Under the pieces are notes generated by a model. It did no database searches. It worked only from the letters and a program-made list of their open reading frames with translations, and was not told the DNA's origin. Below, piece by piece: positions 50,701-61,774 of a stretch of DNA of 64,000 bases. Location: NCBI GenBank assembly GCA_051362555.1, contig CM120641.1, forward strand, positions 23,380,401-23,444,400, read 5' to 3'. Positions within the stretch are counted from its first letter, which is position 1. The number at the start of each line of letters is the position of its first letter. A program made the translations under genes and the position numbers. Source of the stretch: Lingula anatina (lineage: Eukaryota; Animalia; Brachiopoda).

Positions 50701-53700
50701 AGCCTGTGGTATAACCAGTCCACACTAAAAATATTGTCATGAAAACTAAAAGTATTTGATATTTTGAATTTAGATATATCATTCAATCTACAGATTAAAA
50801 TACCCAATTTCAAACTGCAGGTTAAAATATTCAATATATGCAGAGTTAAAATGATACCCTACAATGACAAAAAGTTTGTTTTTTTTTCAAAAGAGCATTA
50901 TCAATTTTACATTTACTTTATTAATATTCTGAAAATTTCTAATTGTCTGACAAATTAACCCGACATCTCTTGATCTCTTCTATTGTGCTGTTATCAATCA
51001 TGCTGTTTTCATTCTTAAAGTTTGATCAAAGTTCTAACTTACCAGCGTTGAGCTGTTGGTAACCTGCAAACAGTAGCCCCAGAGAGTTTGATTGAGCTGT
51101 GCCATTGTCCCTGGATCATCCAACTTCTTTTCAATCTCACCCACAAATACCTTACACAGTTCACATTCAGCATTCACCTGAAAGTTATAGTGCAAACATC
51201 AGTTGCCTTTGTATATTTAACATCTCTTTAATCAGACACACTGTATCAGTCTGTTAAATCAGGAAAACACTTGCAATTTAGGTCAAGGTTTACATATAGT
51301 TTCAAAAAAGATTTTATATTTTGCACAAATAATACCTTCAAATTTCTGCCTTCAACTTCTTGTTCCAACTTTGTTACTAGTTGGCTTTCATCATGAAACA
51401 GAGGGGTTCCTGAAATGTGGAATAATGTGTTATAATGTAAACAAGTATATTCTAGTGATTAACAATAACATGTTTTTATTTATCCTATCTAGGATTTTCC
51501 AGCCACACTGAATTTTATCCTACTCATAAATCATGGCTGGGCACTTGAATTTGTTGTTTTATACCTTTTTTTTAACAATTTAATTCCAAATTTTCCCATT
51601 ATGTTTAGACTTCCATGCCTTCCATCATATTACAGAGAAAATTTTGAAACCAGGCACTTTTATTTTAGGGTTTTACTGAATTTAAGATCTAAATTAGAAA
51701 AAATACAAATCTTTACTGGTTATACAGACACTGAAATTTTGATTTTGGGACTGTTGCAAATACAGATGGTAATTTTTAGCTTGGTATTAATATGTTAAAA
51801 ATATTTATCAAAGAGTTGCTAAAACTAAAAACAATTTATGGGTTAATTGGATTTTTTTTTCTTTTTTTTTTTTTTTTTTTTTTTTGCACTTCCATACAGA
51901 AAAAAACTCTGATATAAAATCATCCTTTCTATTCCATTTTCAATTTTCACCACTCCATGGGATATATATGAAAATCCCCAAAATGCTTATTTTCTGCTAT
52001 CCAAAGCTTCTTATAAAACCTTAAATACACCTTTAAAATGATTAAACACCTTAAATATATATTTCTGGAGTATACCTGATGTTGATATTTCCATTGGAGC
52101 TCATATAAAAATGGTCACTGTTTTAATGACTGGCCAGTCATTTTAGGCTAAGGCTTCGTTCACATGGAAAGTCTATTTTCTAAAAATCTATTTTCTATTT
52201 GCGGTATATCTTGTCATCACGGTCTGTGCCCTGAATATCCCGCGGCGTAATTACTGGCAGCGCGAGCCAGTTACTTCCAAAGCTGTAATTAATTCTCGGC
52301 TGTGTGCTCGGAGGAGATTCTGATACCTTGACGCATGCGCAGTAGGAAGTTAGAAAGTTAATGGCAGTCGCGGTTGCTTTGAAAAATGTGTTTGTCGATT
52401 TTGTGCAACAACAAGACGAAGAAGATGAAGAAGCTATACACACGGCAGATACGAGTGCAACCGTCATGATCCGATGGCAAGCGATGCGGCAACGGAGGAT
52501 GAGATTTTATAGAATGCGAGCACAGACGAGAATTAATTACAGCTTTGTATAAGTAACTGGCTTGCGCTGCCAGTAATTACGCCGCAGGATATTCAGGGCA
52601 CATGTGATCATAAGATACCGCGAATAGAAAATAGATTTTTAGAAAATAGACCTTCCATGTGAACGAAGCCTAAAACCAACCTTTACAAATTTTATCAAAG
52701 GCTGAATCCAAATGCAGAGAGAAACAGATAAATGATTCATGGGTATGAGAAAAATTGTTGATTTTTCCTTGAAAAATCCATTTCGGCAGGTAAACTTCAT
52801 GGAGTGTGTCTTAAAAGACTAACTGAACACATTACAGCAAGGAAAATGTCGGTATGGACACATGACATAAGACAAAAGTTTATCAAAGTCCATCCTCCAT
52901 CCAAGGGATTGTCCAAGGTTGGATGGAGAGGAGGCAAGCAAAGAAAAAAATGGGCGGACAATACTGCCGAGTGCACTAGGAAGACCTTTGCCATGCCTAG
53001 AGCCCTCACATGATCACCAAAGTTTGATAATAAAGCATTCCCTAGCCCCTTACCCCGGAGGGTTACAAAACTGACAGATGGACAGTAAACAGGTACTGGT
53101 GCAAACAACCCTTTCTAAATCATATGACATGTGCTGTGTTATCTGATTTGGGTATACATTAATAAAGTCTTTTTATTACCTCCAACATTGTTCATGGATT
53201 TTGGAAGAAAGTAACAAATCTGTGTCAAATACTGTTGAAAATGAATAAGGTCAACTTCCATTAAAATGCAGACTTTACGAAAGGCGTCGGACAGTCGAAC
53301 ATGCCTGACAAATTTCTGGCCAGTCATTTTAGGCTAAAACCAACCTTTATAAATTTTATCAAAGGCTGAATCCAAATGCAGAGAGAAACAGATAAATGAT
53401 TCATGAGTATGAGAAAAATTGTTGATTTTTCCATGAAAAATCCATTTCGGCAGGTAAACTTCATGGAGTGTGTCTTAAAAGACTAACTGAACACATTACA
53501 GCAAGGAAAATGTCGGTATGGACACATGACATAAGACAAAAGATTATCAAAGTCCATCCTCCATCCAAGGGATTGTCCAAGGTTGGATGGAGAGGAGGAA
53601 GGCAAAGAAAAAAATGGGCGGACAATACTGCCAAGTGCACTAGGAAGACCTTTGCCATGCCTAGAGCCCTCACATGATCACCAACGTTTAATAATAAAGC

Positions 53701-56013
53701 ATTCCCTAGCCCCTTACCCCAGAGGGTTACAAAACTGATAGATAGACAGTAAACAGGTACTGGTGCAAACAACCCTTTCTAAATCATATGACATGTGCTG
53801 TGTTATCTGATTTGGGTATACATTAATAAAGTCTTTTTTTTTACCTCCAACATTGTTCATGGATTTTGGAAGAAAGTAACAAATCTGTGTCAAATACTGC
53901 TGAAAATGAATAAGGTCAACTTCCATTAAAATGCTAAAACATGGTGACTAGATTGGGCTTCTAAGAATGCAAAACTATACTAAGGAGAATTTAGGACTAT
54001 TTCCAATATGTAAATTTAGAATTTACTGTCATAAGCTCATGATTGCCCAAGGCCAAAGACATTAATAAATAAGTACTATTGGCAGAAACACTTAAAGCAA
54101 TAATAACTCTTCCTTTGAGATTCAAAATTCTGCAAGAAATACATTGTAAACAACACATGGAAATTTTATTGTATTTTACCACTAAACAGCCGTTATTGTA
54201 GTAAAACTAAAATCTGTGCTTGTCAATAGGGCTTTCGATGCCTTTCTTCCCGGTCGTCAAGGCATCTGTTGCTAATGACGTAAGGGTGTCACGCGGATTC
54301 TCGCGTTCATTCGAGACCAAAATAACATGGCACAAAACGCGTTGATACAGATCCAGACGTAAGTTGCGAGTTTTTGTACAGTGCGTCGGATAACGAAAAG
54401 CCCAGAATGGCACACATTGTGGATATAAATGCATTTTTAACAAAAAGACGAATAAATCTCATAAATCTTATATTATTGTTATATAGTGTTGTTGTTGTCT
54501 GCTTTTCCCGCGGTTTTAAGTAGGTCACCAGTGACTATGCAATGTCAGAGAGGGCTTCGTCAGTTAAAATCTCTTAAGAGATTTTAACAAAAAAACGTAC
54601 ATTTAGGAAAAAAACCCTGGATTAACTTTGAATGCAGGAATAGGGTCATTGACCATTGGGAAGTATGGGAAAATTGCTGTTTTTTTCCAGGAAAATCAAT
54701 TTTTTGGCCAAAACGAAGAGTTATTATGACTTTAAAGATGCATATGAAGTCAATTACTTGCCTCAAAAAAACCAAATGCCAGCATTTAGTTTCAAATAGT
54801 ATAACTAAGAGAATAATCAAAAGACATTGCTTAAAATTACCAAAAAATAATATTTGAACAGATTTTTCTGACAGCTTTCTATGCTGTATATACATGGGTC
54901 AGAAAAGTAGGTCACATAAGTAGGTTAAATTTTTGACAAAAAATTTAAAGAATGGGGCAGTCAGTTTAAAGCTCTTTTATGACGGATTGACTGATTCATT
55001 CAGTAAATCCCTTGGCATGTCGACTTTATTCGAGTTGTATATGAAACTAGTAGAAGTGGTTTATATGTGTTACTGGGAATCCACGCTACACAGATTCTCG
55101 ATTCATATGTACCCTTAATCTTTAGTTACTTGGAACCCAAAATTGGAAGCTACTCTACTGGATTTACCCACCAAAATTAACTTTCCAAGGGAAAATGCAA
55201 TTTTTCCCATTCATAAATTATTGTTCGACCCATCCCTGCACTAGGATTTGCTGTTTTCTTCTATTTTTAATTTTATGATTTAGTAGCCAGTCATTTAAAT
55301 CACAGTGTCTTCCAGTGTATTTCAGAAGGAACTATCAACATCAGGTAGTGAGTTTTTTTTTTTTTTTTTAGTTTTCAGGTCTGAATTGCGAAACATTTGT
55401 AGTTAGTGCAGGATATATGTAGCCATAGAAAATATGCCGTTGAGAGTATCGCATAGGCATAGAGGTCTTCAGATGTTACAGTTTTATAAAATACTCAAAA
55501 ATATCATATAATAAAGGATTTTTCCCTTCGCATTTTTATAGTCTAATGTGGTATCACAATGATGTTCTGTGTGATTTCTGGATTATGATCAGGGTAACAG
55601 CCAAACTTGTTGATAATTCAAGATTTATTTAAGAATTAGACAACTCCGTGGCACAAACTCAAATACTAATCCAACCCTCTAAATGTCAATTTGTTTGTTC
55701 TGTGTGACGCTGATCGAGCAAACGTTAAAATGAAAGCTGTCCGTAACAAGAGCAAGAGGTGGTTGATAACCTCATATCACATTATCAATAGCAAATTACA
55801 TACAGTATACTGTAGTGTAGCTGAAAATGCGTATTCGCAAACACGACGATTCTTGAAACCTTTGATAAAAACATCTAAAAAAACAGCAATTTTGAAAAAA
55901 ATATAATTAAGGTCAAGTACGAATAATTCAATAAAAGCATAAACATTCAACGTACCTGCTGAAAACGCAAGAAACGCCAGGAAGAACAGTACACCCATCT
56001 TACCACCGACCAT
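38777..56013 (-). CDS. Prosaposin-like multi-saposin (SAPLIP) precursor: signal peptide + 9 saposin-B domains; in-frame TGA at 40062-40064 before domain 9
   Basis: Exon 1 56013 or 55998 to 55956 (MGVLFFLAFLAFSAG); 51409-51336; domain exon pairs 51177-51043/50724-50628, ~49923-49789/~49512-49416, ~48785-48647/~48162-48065, ~47289-47155/~46883-46787, ~46157-46020/~45532-45436, ~44280-44142/~43613-43517, 42621-42487/41996-41900, 41106-40972/40671-40575, with short linker exons; domain 9 in 40099-39975, 39475-39413, 38884-38777. Every domain has the six-Cys CxxC..C..C..P..C..C pattern and an N-x-T/S sequon. Confidence 0.88.
42120..42292. mobile_element. 173-bp MITE insertion with apparent 5-bp TSD
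   Basis: Imperfect TIRs ctggggtagcgatagca..ttagccaaa / tttggctaa..tgttagcgcaacccaag; taaag on both flanks; the paralogous intron near 40760 has the empty site tctataaaggat. Confidence 0.7.
42775..42956. mobile_element. Degenerate Harbinger-type MITE
   Basis: gagcattcacaacaaagttgatc / gatcaacttgttctgaatgtgct; the TIR resembles that of 33542-34311. Confidence 0.5.
45407..50670. repeat. Near-identical tandem duplication, 2 x ~2.63 kb, inside the saposin gene
   Basis: 45407-48035 repeats at 48036-50670 including introns; paired ORF-track entries 46710/49337, 47143/49777, 45963/48590 differ by only a few residues. Confidence 0.92.
52130..53933. repeat. Tandem duplication of a ~620-bp unit (first copy interrupted by the MITE)
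   Basis: 52130-53269 (minus the MITE) matches 53316-53933; paired ORFs 52797/53461 and 52804/53468. Confidence 0.9.
52152..52670. mobile_element. PIF/Harbinger-type non-autonomous element (519 bp, ~155-bp TIRs, TAA TSD)
   Basis: ggcttcgttcacatggaa... / ...ttccatgtgaacgaagcc, TAA on both flanks; empty site gtcattttaggctaaaaccaacc in the duplicate at about 53323. Confidence 0.92.
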
Positions 56014-56117
56014 CTTGGGAGACGACTGAAGTCATATGACCAGCATGTGCTTGTTTGGTCATGTGACTTGTGAGCTCTGACCTCTGACCTTTCTACTATT
56101 CCACAGCAGTGTTCACA
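56014..56117. promoter_or_regulatory. Bidirectional promoter (saposin gene / tetraspanin) with CLEAR/M-box-like palindromes
   Basis: 104 bp between divergent ATGs; gtcatatgac 56031-56040 and gtcatgtgac 56058-56067, plus tgacct half-sites. Confidence 0.65.
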
Positions 56118-59100
56118 ATGGCGGATGAAAGGCAGACTTTGGCAAATTCTGAGAGGCACCCCGATTCTCCACCAGCCAGACAAAGGAGTCGCAGGAAACC
56201 ACTATGCCCATGCAACACATTTCTTCTTAGCAAGATTTGTCTGATGATCTATGCAATATTCCTTTTGGTGAGTGAAATTGAATGAAGTTATATGTTTAAA
56301 AAACGAGCGGGTTGCTGAGAGAGACAGCCGCCTATTTTGAGTGTTGGAAGGCGGCGTGCCGGCAGAGTAGCTTACCATCTGCTGCTGTGGAAAGGTCACA
56401 GAGAGGGGAAAGCTATTTGATATGTTTTCTTGTATGTATGGGAATAGATAAAAAGTTAAGCGTGTCGATTTAACTATTCGTAGAGCTAGTTGACAATCCG
56501 TTTACAAAATTTTTTTTTGCATTTTTTCAACTTTAAGCCCCCAAATGTCCCTCATTTAAAATTTAAAAAATATTCGGAAAAAATAAATGAGAAAAGACAA
56601 TAATATTAACTGTAAAGAAAATTGTTTTAACAAGCTGTGGCAACCAGTATGTGTTCATATGCAATTTTGTCATTAGTTTTATTATAACAACATAGACTAT
56701 GTTGATATTATTATTAATTAATTAATGCAATGATATTGTTATTATTTTTATTAGAATTAATTGTCATATTCATGTAAGTGAACCATCAGTTTGTATTACA
56801 ATAGTACTAAAAGCAAAAGATTTATCAGCATTTTTCCACTTTCAATTATTAGATGTCTTTTTTCATTGAAAATAATAAAAAATAATAAATTATTTATTCT
56901 TCTCATTTGTTTAAAAACCAAGATAAGGAAATAGTATACCTGGAAAATCAGTTACAATGATTTTTTAATAGTTGAGAATAGTTCTGCCCTTTTCATCTTT
57001 TTTCTCTGTACCAGTTTAATTACCTCAAATTATGGAGACTATTGCCTTTAACAGAGCTCTTCTGTTAGTAAATCAATACAGACAAAGGAAAAAGTGTAGT
57101 GAGAGGAACTTATTTCTGTTATCAGCTTTCCTGGTAAACTTCCTGATATGTGGCCTATCCAATTGTACGGGACAGTTCTAGAAACACAAACTGAAACTGT
57201 AGTTTATCAGATGATAGTTATATTGAAAGGATGGTCATTTGTATGATAGTATTCATATTATAACATTTAACTATTTAGGCCAGCTTGCATGGCCTGCCAA
57301 TTGTATTATCGTCATGCAATGTCATACAGCATATTTATATAGGGCATCTCGGCCTGCATTTCAGTATTTATTGTGGAAGGAAAAGATAATCAATAATGCC
57401 CTTGGTCTACCACTTAGCTGCCAACAAGCTCATATACATTCACATATATGCCTTGAATGTAGTACTCTTGTGTCATGAACTAACTGTATTTCAAAATTAA
57501 TTTTCAAAAAATGTTAGATTTCTATATGTAATATGATAACTTCCACCATGAAGTGGAATGCCTTATTATACTCATTGCCTATATACCCATTCTGTGTGCT
57601 GCTATAAGACTGTATGCAAAATTGCATACCTCTATCCAATACCTTTGAAAGAAAGTTATTGAAAAACTATATGGACTGGAAGGATTTAATAGGGTATCAA
57701 AAGGTGTTTATTTTATTGCCTGATACAATAGAAAAATCAACTTGAGACACACTTGTATAAGAACCATGTTGTTTCTGTATTGATCTGAATAAAGAACCGT
57801 CCCAGTCAACAGCTTGTGTGTTTGGCAATCCACACACAGACAGCAAAAACAAACAGCAGACTTAGGAAAGAAAATTCAGCTTTTTGTCTTTCTGTTATTG
57901 TAGTCACCTATGTTGAAATATTTATATTTGCTTTTGGGATTGCTCTTCTACTTGACCAGGTAGAAAGAACATAAGCAGCAACATAATTTTATGATGTTGC
58001 TTTAGTTATTAGATGGCACAAATCTGAACAGTGTCTTTGTTAGTGACTGTAAGACCCCATTCCCATAGATTTTAGTTGATCTATTCCAGTGGGGAGTCTC
58101 ACTAGATTACTGTCAGCTTAGCCGGCTTAAGTGTCTCTCCCGCCCACTAAAAGCTGTGAGGTGGTAATTAACTGTGGTGCACACTCGGCTGACTGCAATT
58201 TAGCGTGAACCCTCAGGGAGTTAGGTCGGTCTAAATCTAAATCGCTGGATCGATCTAAATCTCTGGAAATGCACTTCTAGAACAGAATCTGTTTTCTGCC
58301 TGGTCTCAACTAATTTCACATTGTTCAGTTGGCCTTATACTGGCTCAGTTTCACTTTGCTTTACATATCAACTTAAACAAATGGATCTTTTTGTCTGAAT
58401 AGTTCATAAATTGTATGTATAATACTGATACTTCCCACAATATTTTTTCATCACAGTTAACAAATGGTCTGATGTAAAAAATGCTTTGACTTGTTATTAG
58501 AGTTTGGTATTTTGTTTTTAAGGTGAAATATTCAGTAGTTTTATATTCAGGATGGGTAAGAACATATTGAGGTCTAAAATATAGGCTAGGTACTTGGTGA
58601 ATCAACTGCATTACCCACGTAATAGGAGTGTATATACATGTGGTTAAAATTAGCACAACATTTTTCTTCAATAATGTTGTCTAAGATATGTCTGGTAGTC
58701 CTCTTCCTAAGACTAAATGGGGATGCAAGAAGCTCCTCCATATTAGAGGCCATTTCCTTAAACATGAGACCTTTTCATCTTTTTATCAAGTCATGATATA
58801 TATATAGGAAAATAGAAGTGAGAAGTGTGTAGTGATTATTAAAGTGTTTTACAATGAACCAGATTCAGTTGCATGTTTAAAGTCTGGGTCAGAAATCCTT
58901 TGAGTAAAGCATTAATCAACTGCCAGAGTAGTTATTGAAATGTTTATATGGAACCATTATGTAGAGTCTCTCCATTTGCAGATCATTGGTGCCATTTTGA
59001 TTGGTGTAGGAGCATGGGCAGAGAATATTCGACAGAAGAATGCGGCAGTGAACACATTTTTATCCAGTCCCTCAGCACTGCTGATTGTTGTTGGATGCCT

Positions 59101-61774
59101 CATAGTTATCATTGCTCTAGTGGGAGCCTTCAGCACATTGCTGGAAAAATTCATTGGTATTAAAGTGGTAAGTAACGGTGGTATTTAAACAAATAATTCA
59201 CATAGACTCTACATATGAATGCTGAATTTAAAAAAAAATATTTATTTATTTTTGCAAAAGCAGAATACCAAAGTCTTGGATATTTATATTTAAAATTGAA
59301 AGAAAGATTTTTGCACAGTTCCTCTGACAGTTGTTCCTCTTTTGTTATATTGACAAATCAAAACAAATCCATCACCAGTAAACAAGAAGCTGCACCTTGG
59401 AGTTCAATTTTTTCACTTCTGAGTTCCTGTTTCCACCAGTGACCTCCACTGCAGCTGCTGCTATTTATCAATTTAAGTTCAGTTCAGCCTGGGAAATGGC
59501 AGTTAAGTTATTGGTAGGAGTAGGCACAGAGCAGCCGATTTCCCCTAAGGGAAACATAATACCTTTTCTTACATTATTAATGTTTTAGTGATGTCTACAT
59601 TTCAATAACTCCCCAATTGGAAGGATTGAATCCCAGTAATATACAAATAGTAGCAATAGCATTGCAAACAAAGGCTGATGTTTGAAAAACTGTTTATTGA
59701 AAAAAGACAAAAAGGCCACTTAGAGCTGAGTGGGCATTTTGACACAATATACTTCAAGTTATCTCAGTTTCACAATGCCTTTTATTGGCAATATGTTAAC
59801 CCCAACTTATTATATTTTTCACATTTGGTCTGTGTACATGGTCATGTGCAATCTAAATTATTTTCATATATTGCTGTGTTCATGTCCAAATGCCAGTGAA
59901 GGAGCAGGCCTGTAGCCAGCAGTTTCAAAAGGGGGGTATTTTTCTGAAAAAGTGCCCCCCCCCCCTCTCTGTGGGCCTGGGAAGGGTTGCTTTGGTTTCA
60001 TTATGAGTGAACTAAGATCAACCAGAGACAAGCAGTTCCAGACAGGTGTTTGTGAGCCATTAGGTTCTTTGTTAACATGCTGCTCTGAGGAAACCCTGCA
60101 TAATGTTCTGTATAGCTGTTCTAGCCATGCTGAGTTTCAAAGGACTCTGGAAACTACTCTGTCTGCCAGAGCATAGGCATGCTGATAATATGTAGGGTGT
60201 TTCCAGTGTCCTCTGTATCTCAGGGTGGTTGTAGCCTGCACTGCCTTGAATTATCCTGAATAATTGATGATAGAAAGAAACGGACCACTTTAGCCAGCTC
60301 CTGCATTGATTTTATGCTTTATCTTAAACCAGAGTTATAGTAATTGGATCAAACTAAAGCTGTGTTCGCACAAGTCTACTTTTGAGTGACTTTTGGTCTA
60401 ACTTGCATCATCATCATCATCATCACCATTCTATATCCATGTTAACAGAAGACATGCAGGGGAGGGGATCCAGAGATATTTTCTGACAGTCTTCCAAATT
60501 ATCTTTGTTGATTCATCTTCCATTTTTGACTGTCTCCACACAGAAAAAAAATAGATACCTGTCAATGTAAATTTGAAATTTCTGACTGTCTTCTGGAAGA
60601 CCCAGAAGACAGCTTCCCTCCACCCTGAAACAGGTTGGATAACTTCCCATGCTAAAGATTTCATATGTCATATGTATATACAGCTTTCTCGTTAAGGCTG
60701 AAATTATGTGTTTAGACAGGATAAATTAAACACTGTATGTACCTCATTTATGAGTCATTTTGAAATAAACCAGAAAGTACATAATTTACTTTATCTTATT
60801 GACTCATAAAATTGAGTAAAATGTCATAGTCATATTTCTAGGCATGTGAAGTCAGGTTTAGTTATGTAAAGAACATAATACTTTCTATCCTGCTTGAAAG
60901 TATGAAAGCTGCATTACATCCCCAGGGGAATCATTGAAAGAGCTTTCCATCTGCCATTTTACCCAATGTTATGTCTGTTCAATATTCTGTGGTTCTCTGA
61001 AAACTTCCCATCTTGTCAAAACACTATTTTTCTCTTCCATTCAAGGTCTCTTAATTGCTCTGTTGCGAAAACAAGCTGTAACACGATATTTAGCTTGAAC
61101 TTCACATATCAGTGCACTGTCTGTGGCCATTCTGCAAGATGCCCAGTTACAAAACAATATTGATTTAGAAGAGAATATATATTGCTTGACACAGCCACCT
61201 TCACTTGAAATATAAATACATTGCTGCAAGCTTGGAGATTGCCCATTTTATTGTGGCAGTAATGAAAATGTAGATGCTTTCAGTTGAATTGAGCAACCGG
61301 CTGCAACTTGCTAGAAAGAGATAAGATTTTATGAGCAAACTTAGTTTCCTAGTGTGATATGATTGTTTCATAAAGAAAAATATAGGATCTATACCCTATA
61401 GCTAATTTATAGTATAGCATTAAAAATTGGCTTAGGGACTCCAAGATTTAAAATAATGTATTTTATATGATTTATATTATATTTAGAGAACCCAAGTGGT
61501 GAAACTATTTGTAATAATACAAAAACTACAGCATAACAATACCAAAGTTGGTCGTTTTAAAATTAAGTGTCTCCCTACTTGAAAAAATTCTGGTCACTGT
61601 AAAGAAGTTCAGAATTCCTTAATTTATGAATGATAATTCATTATGTTATATTTCATCCTGTTGTTAAGTTCTTTATCATTATTTTTTTATACTTTCCAGT
61701 TCCTGATCTTGTTAATTTTGATCTTCTTGTTCGAGATTGTGGTTGGAGTTGTGGCATTTGTCTACAGAGAAGAG
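56118..61774 (+). CDS. Tetraspanin, TSPAN15-like (TspanC8 group), first three exons; continues beyond the window
   Basis: Exons 56118-56267 (..SKICLMIYAIFLL), 58982-59167 (IIGAILIGVGAWAENIRQK..SPSALLIVVGC..), 61700-61774 (FLILLILIFLFEIVVGVVAFVYREE): TM1-TM3 with the conserved TM3 Glu; resembles recalled TSPAN15 N-terminal sequence. Confidence 0.82.
58053..58275. mobile_element. MITE, same family as 32206-32420
   Basis: ccattcccatagattttag...ggggagtctcactagattactgtcag...cagggagttaggtc...gatcgatctaaatctctggaaatg. Confidence 0.75.
60436..60632 (-). repeat. Dispersed repeat, inverted copy of 6550-6735
   Basis: Reverse-complement match described for 6550-6735. Confidence 0.7.

Noticed and set aside
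54180-54560. CpG-enriched patch in saposin intron 1 as a promoter or ncRNA
   Set aside because: No termini, RNA fold or coding similarity identified; probably interior of an unclassified transposon.
59905-59979. Short caggcc...ggcctg element with G and C runs (similar pieces near 483 and 40480)
   Set aside because: Too short and degenerate to classify; probably MITE remnants.
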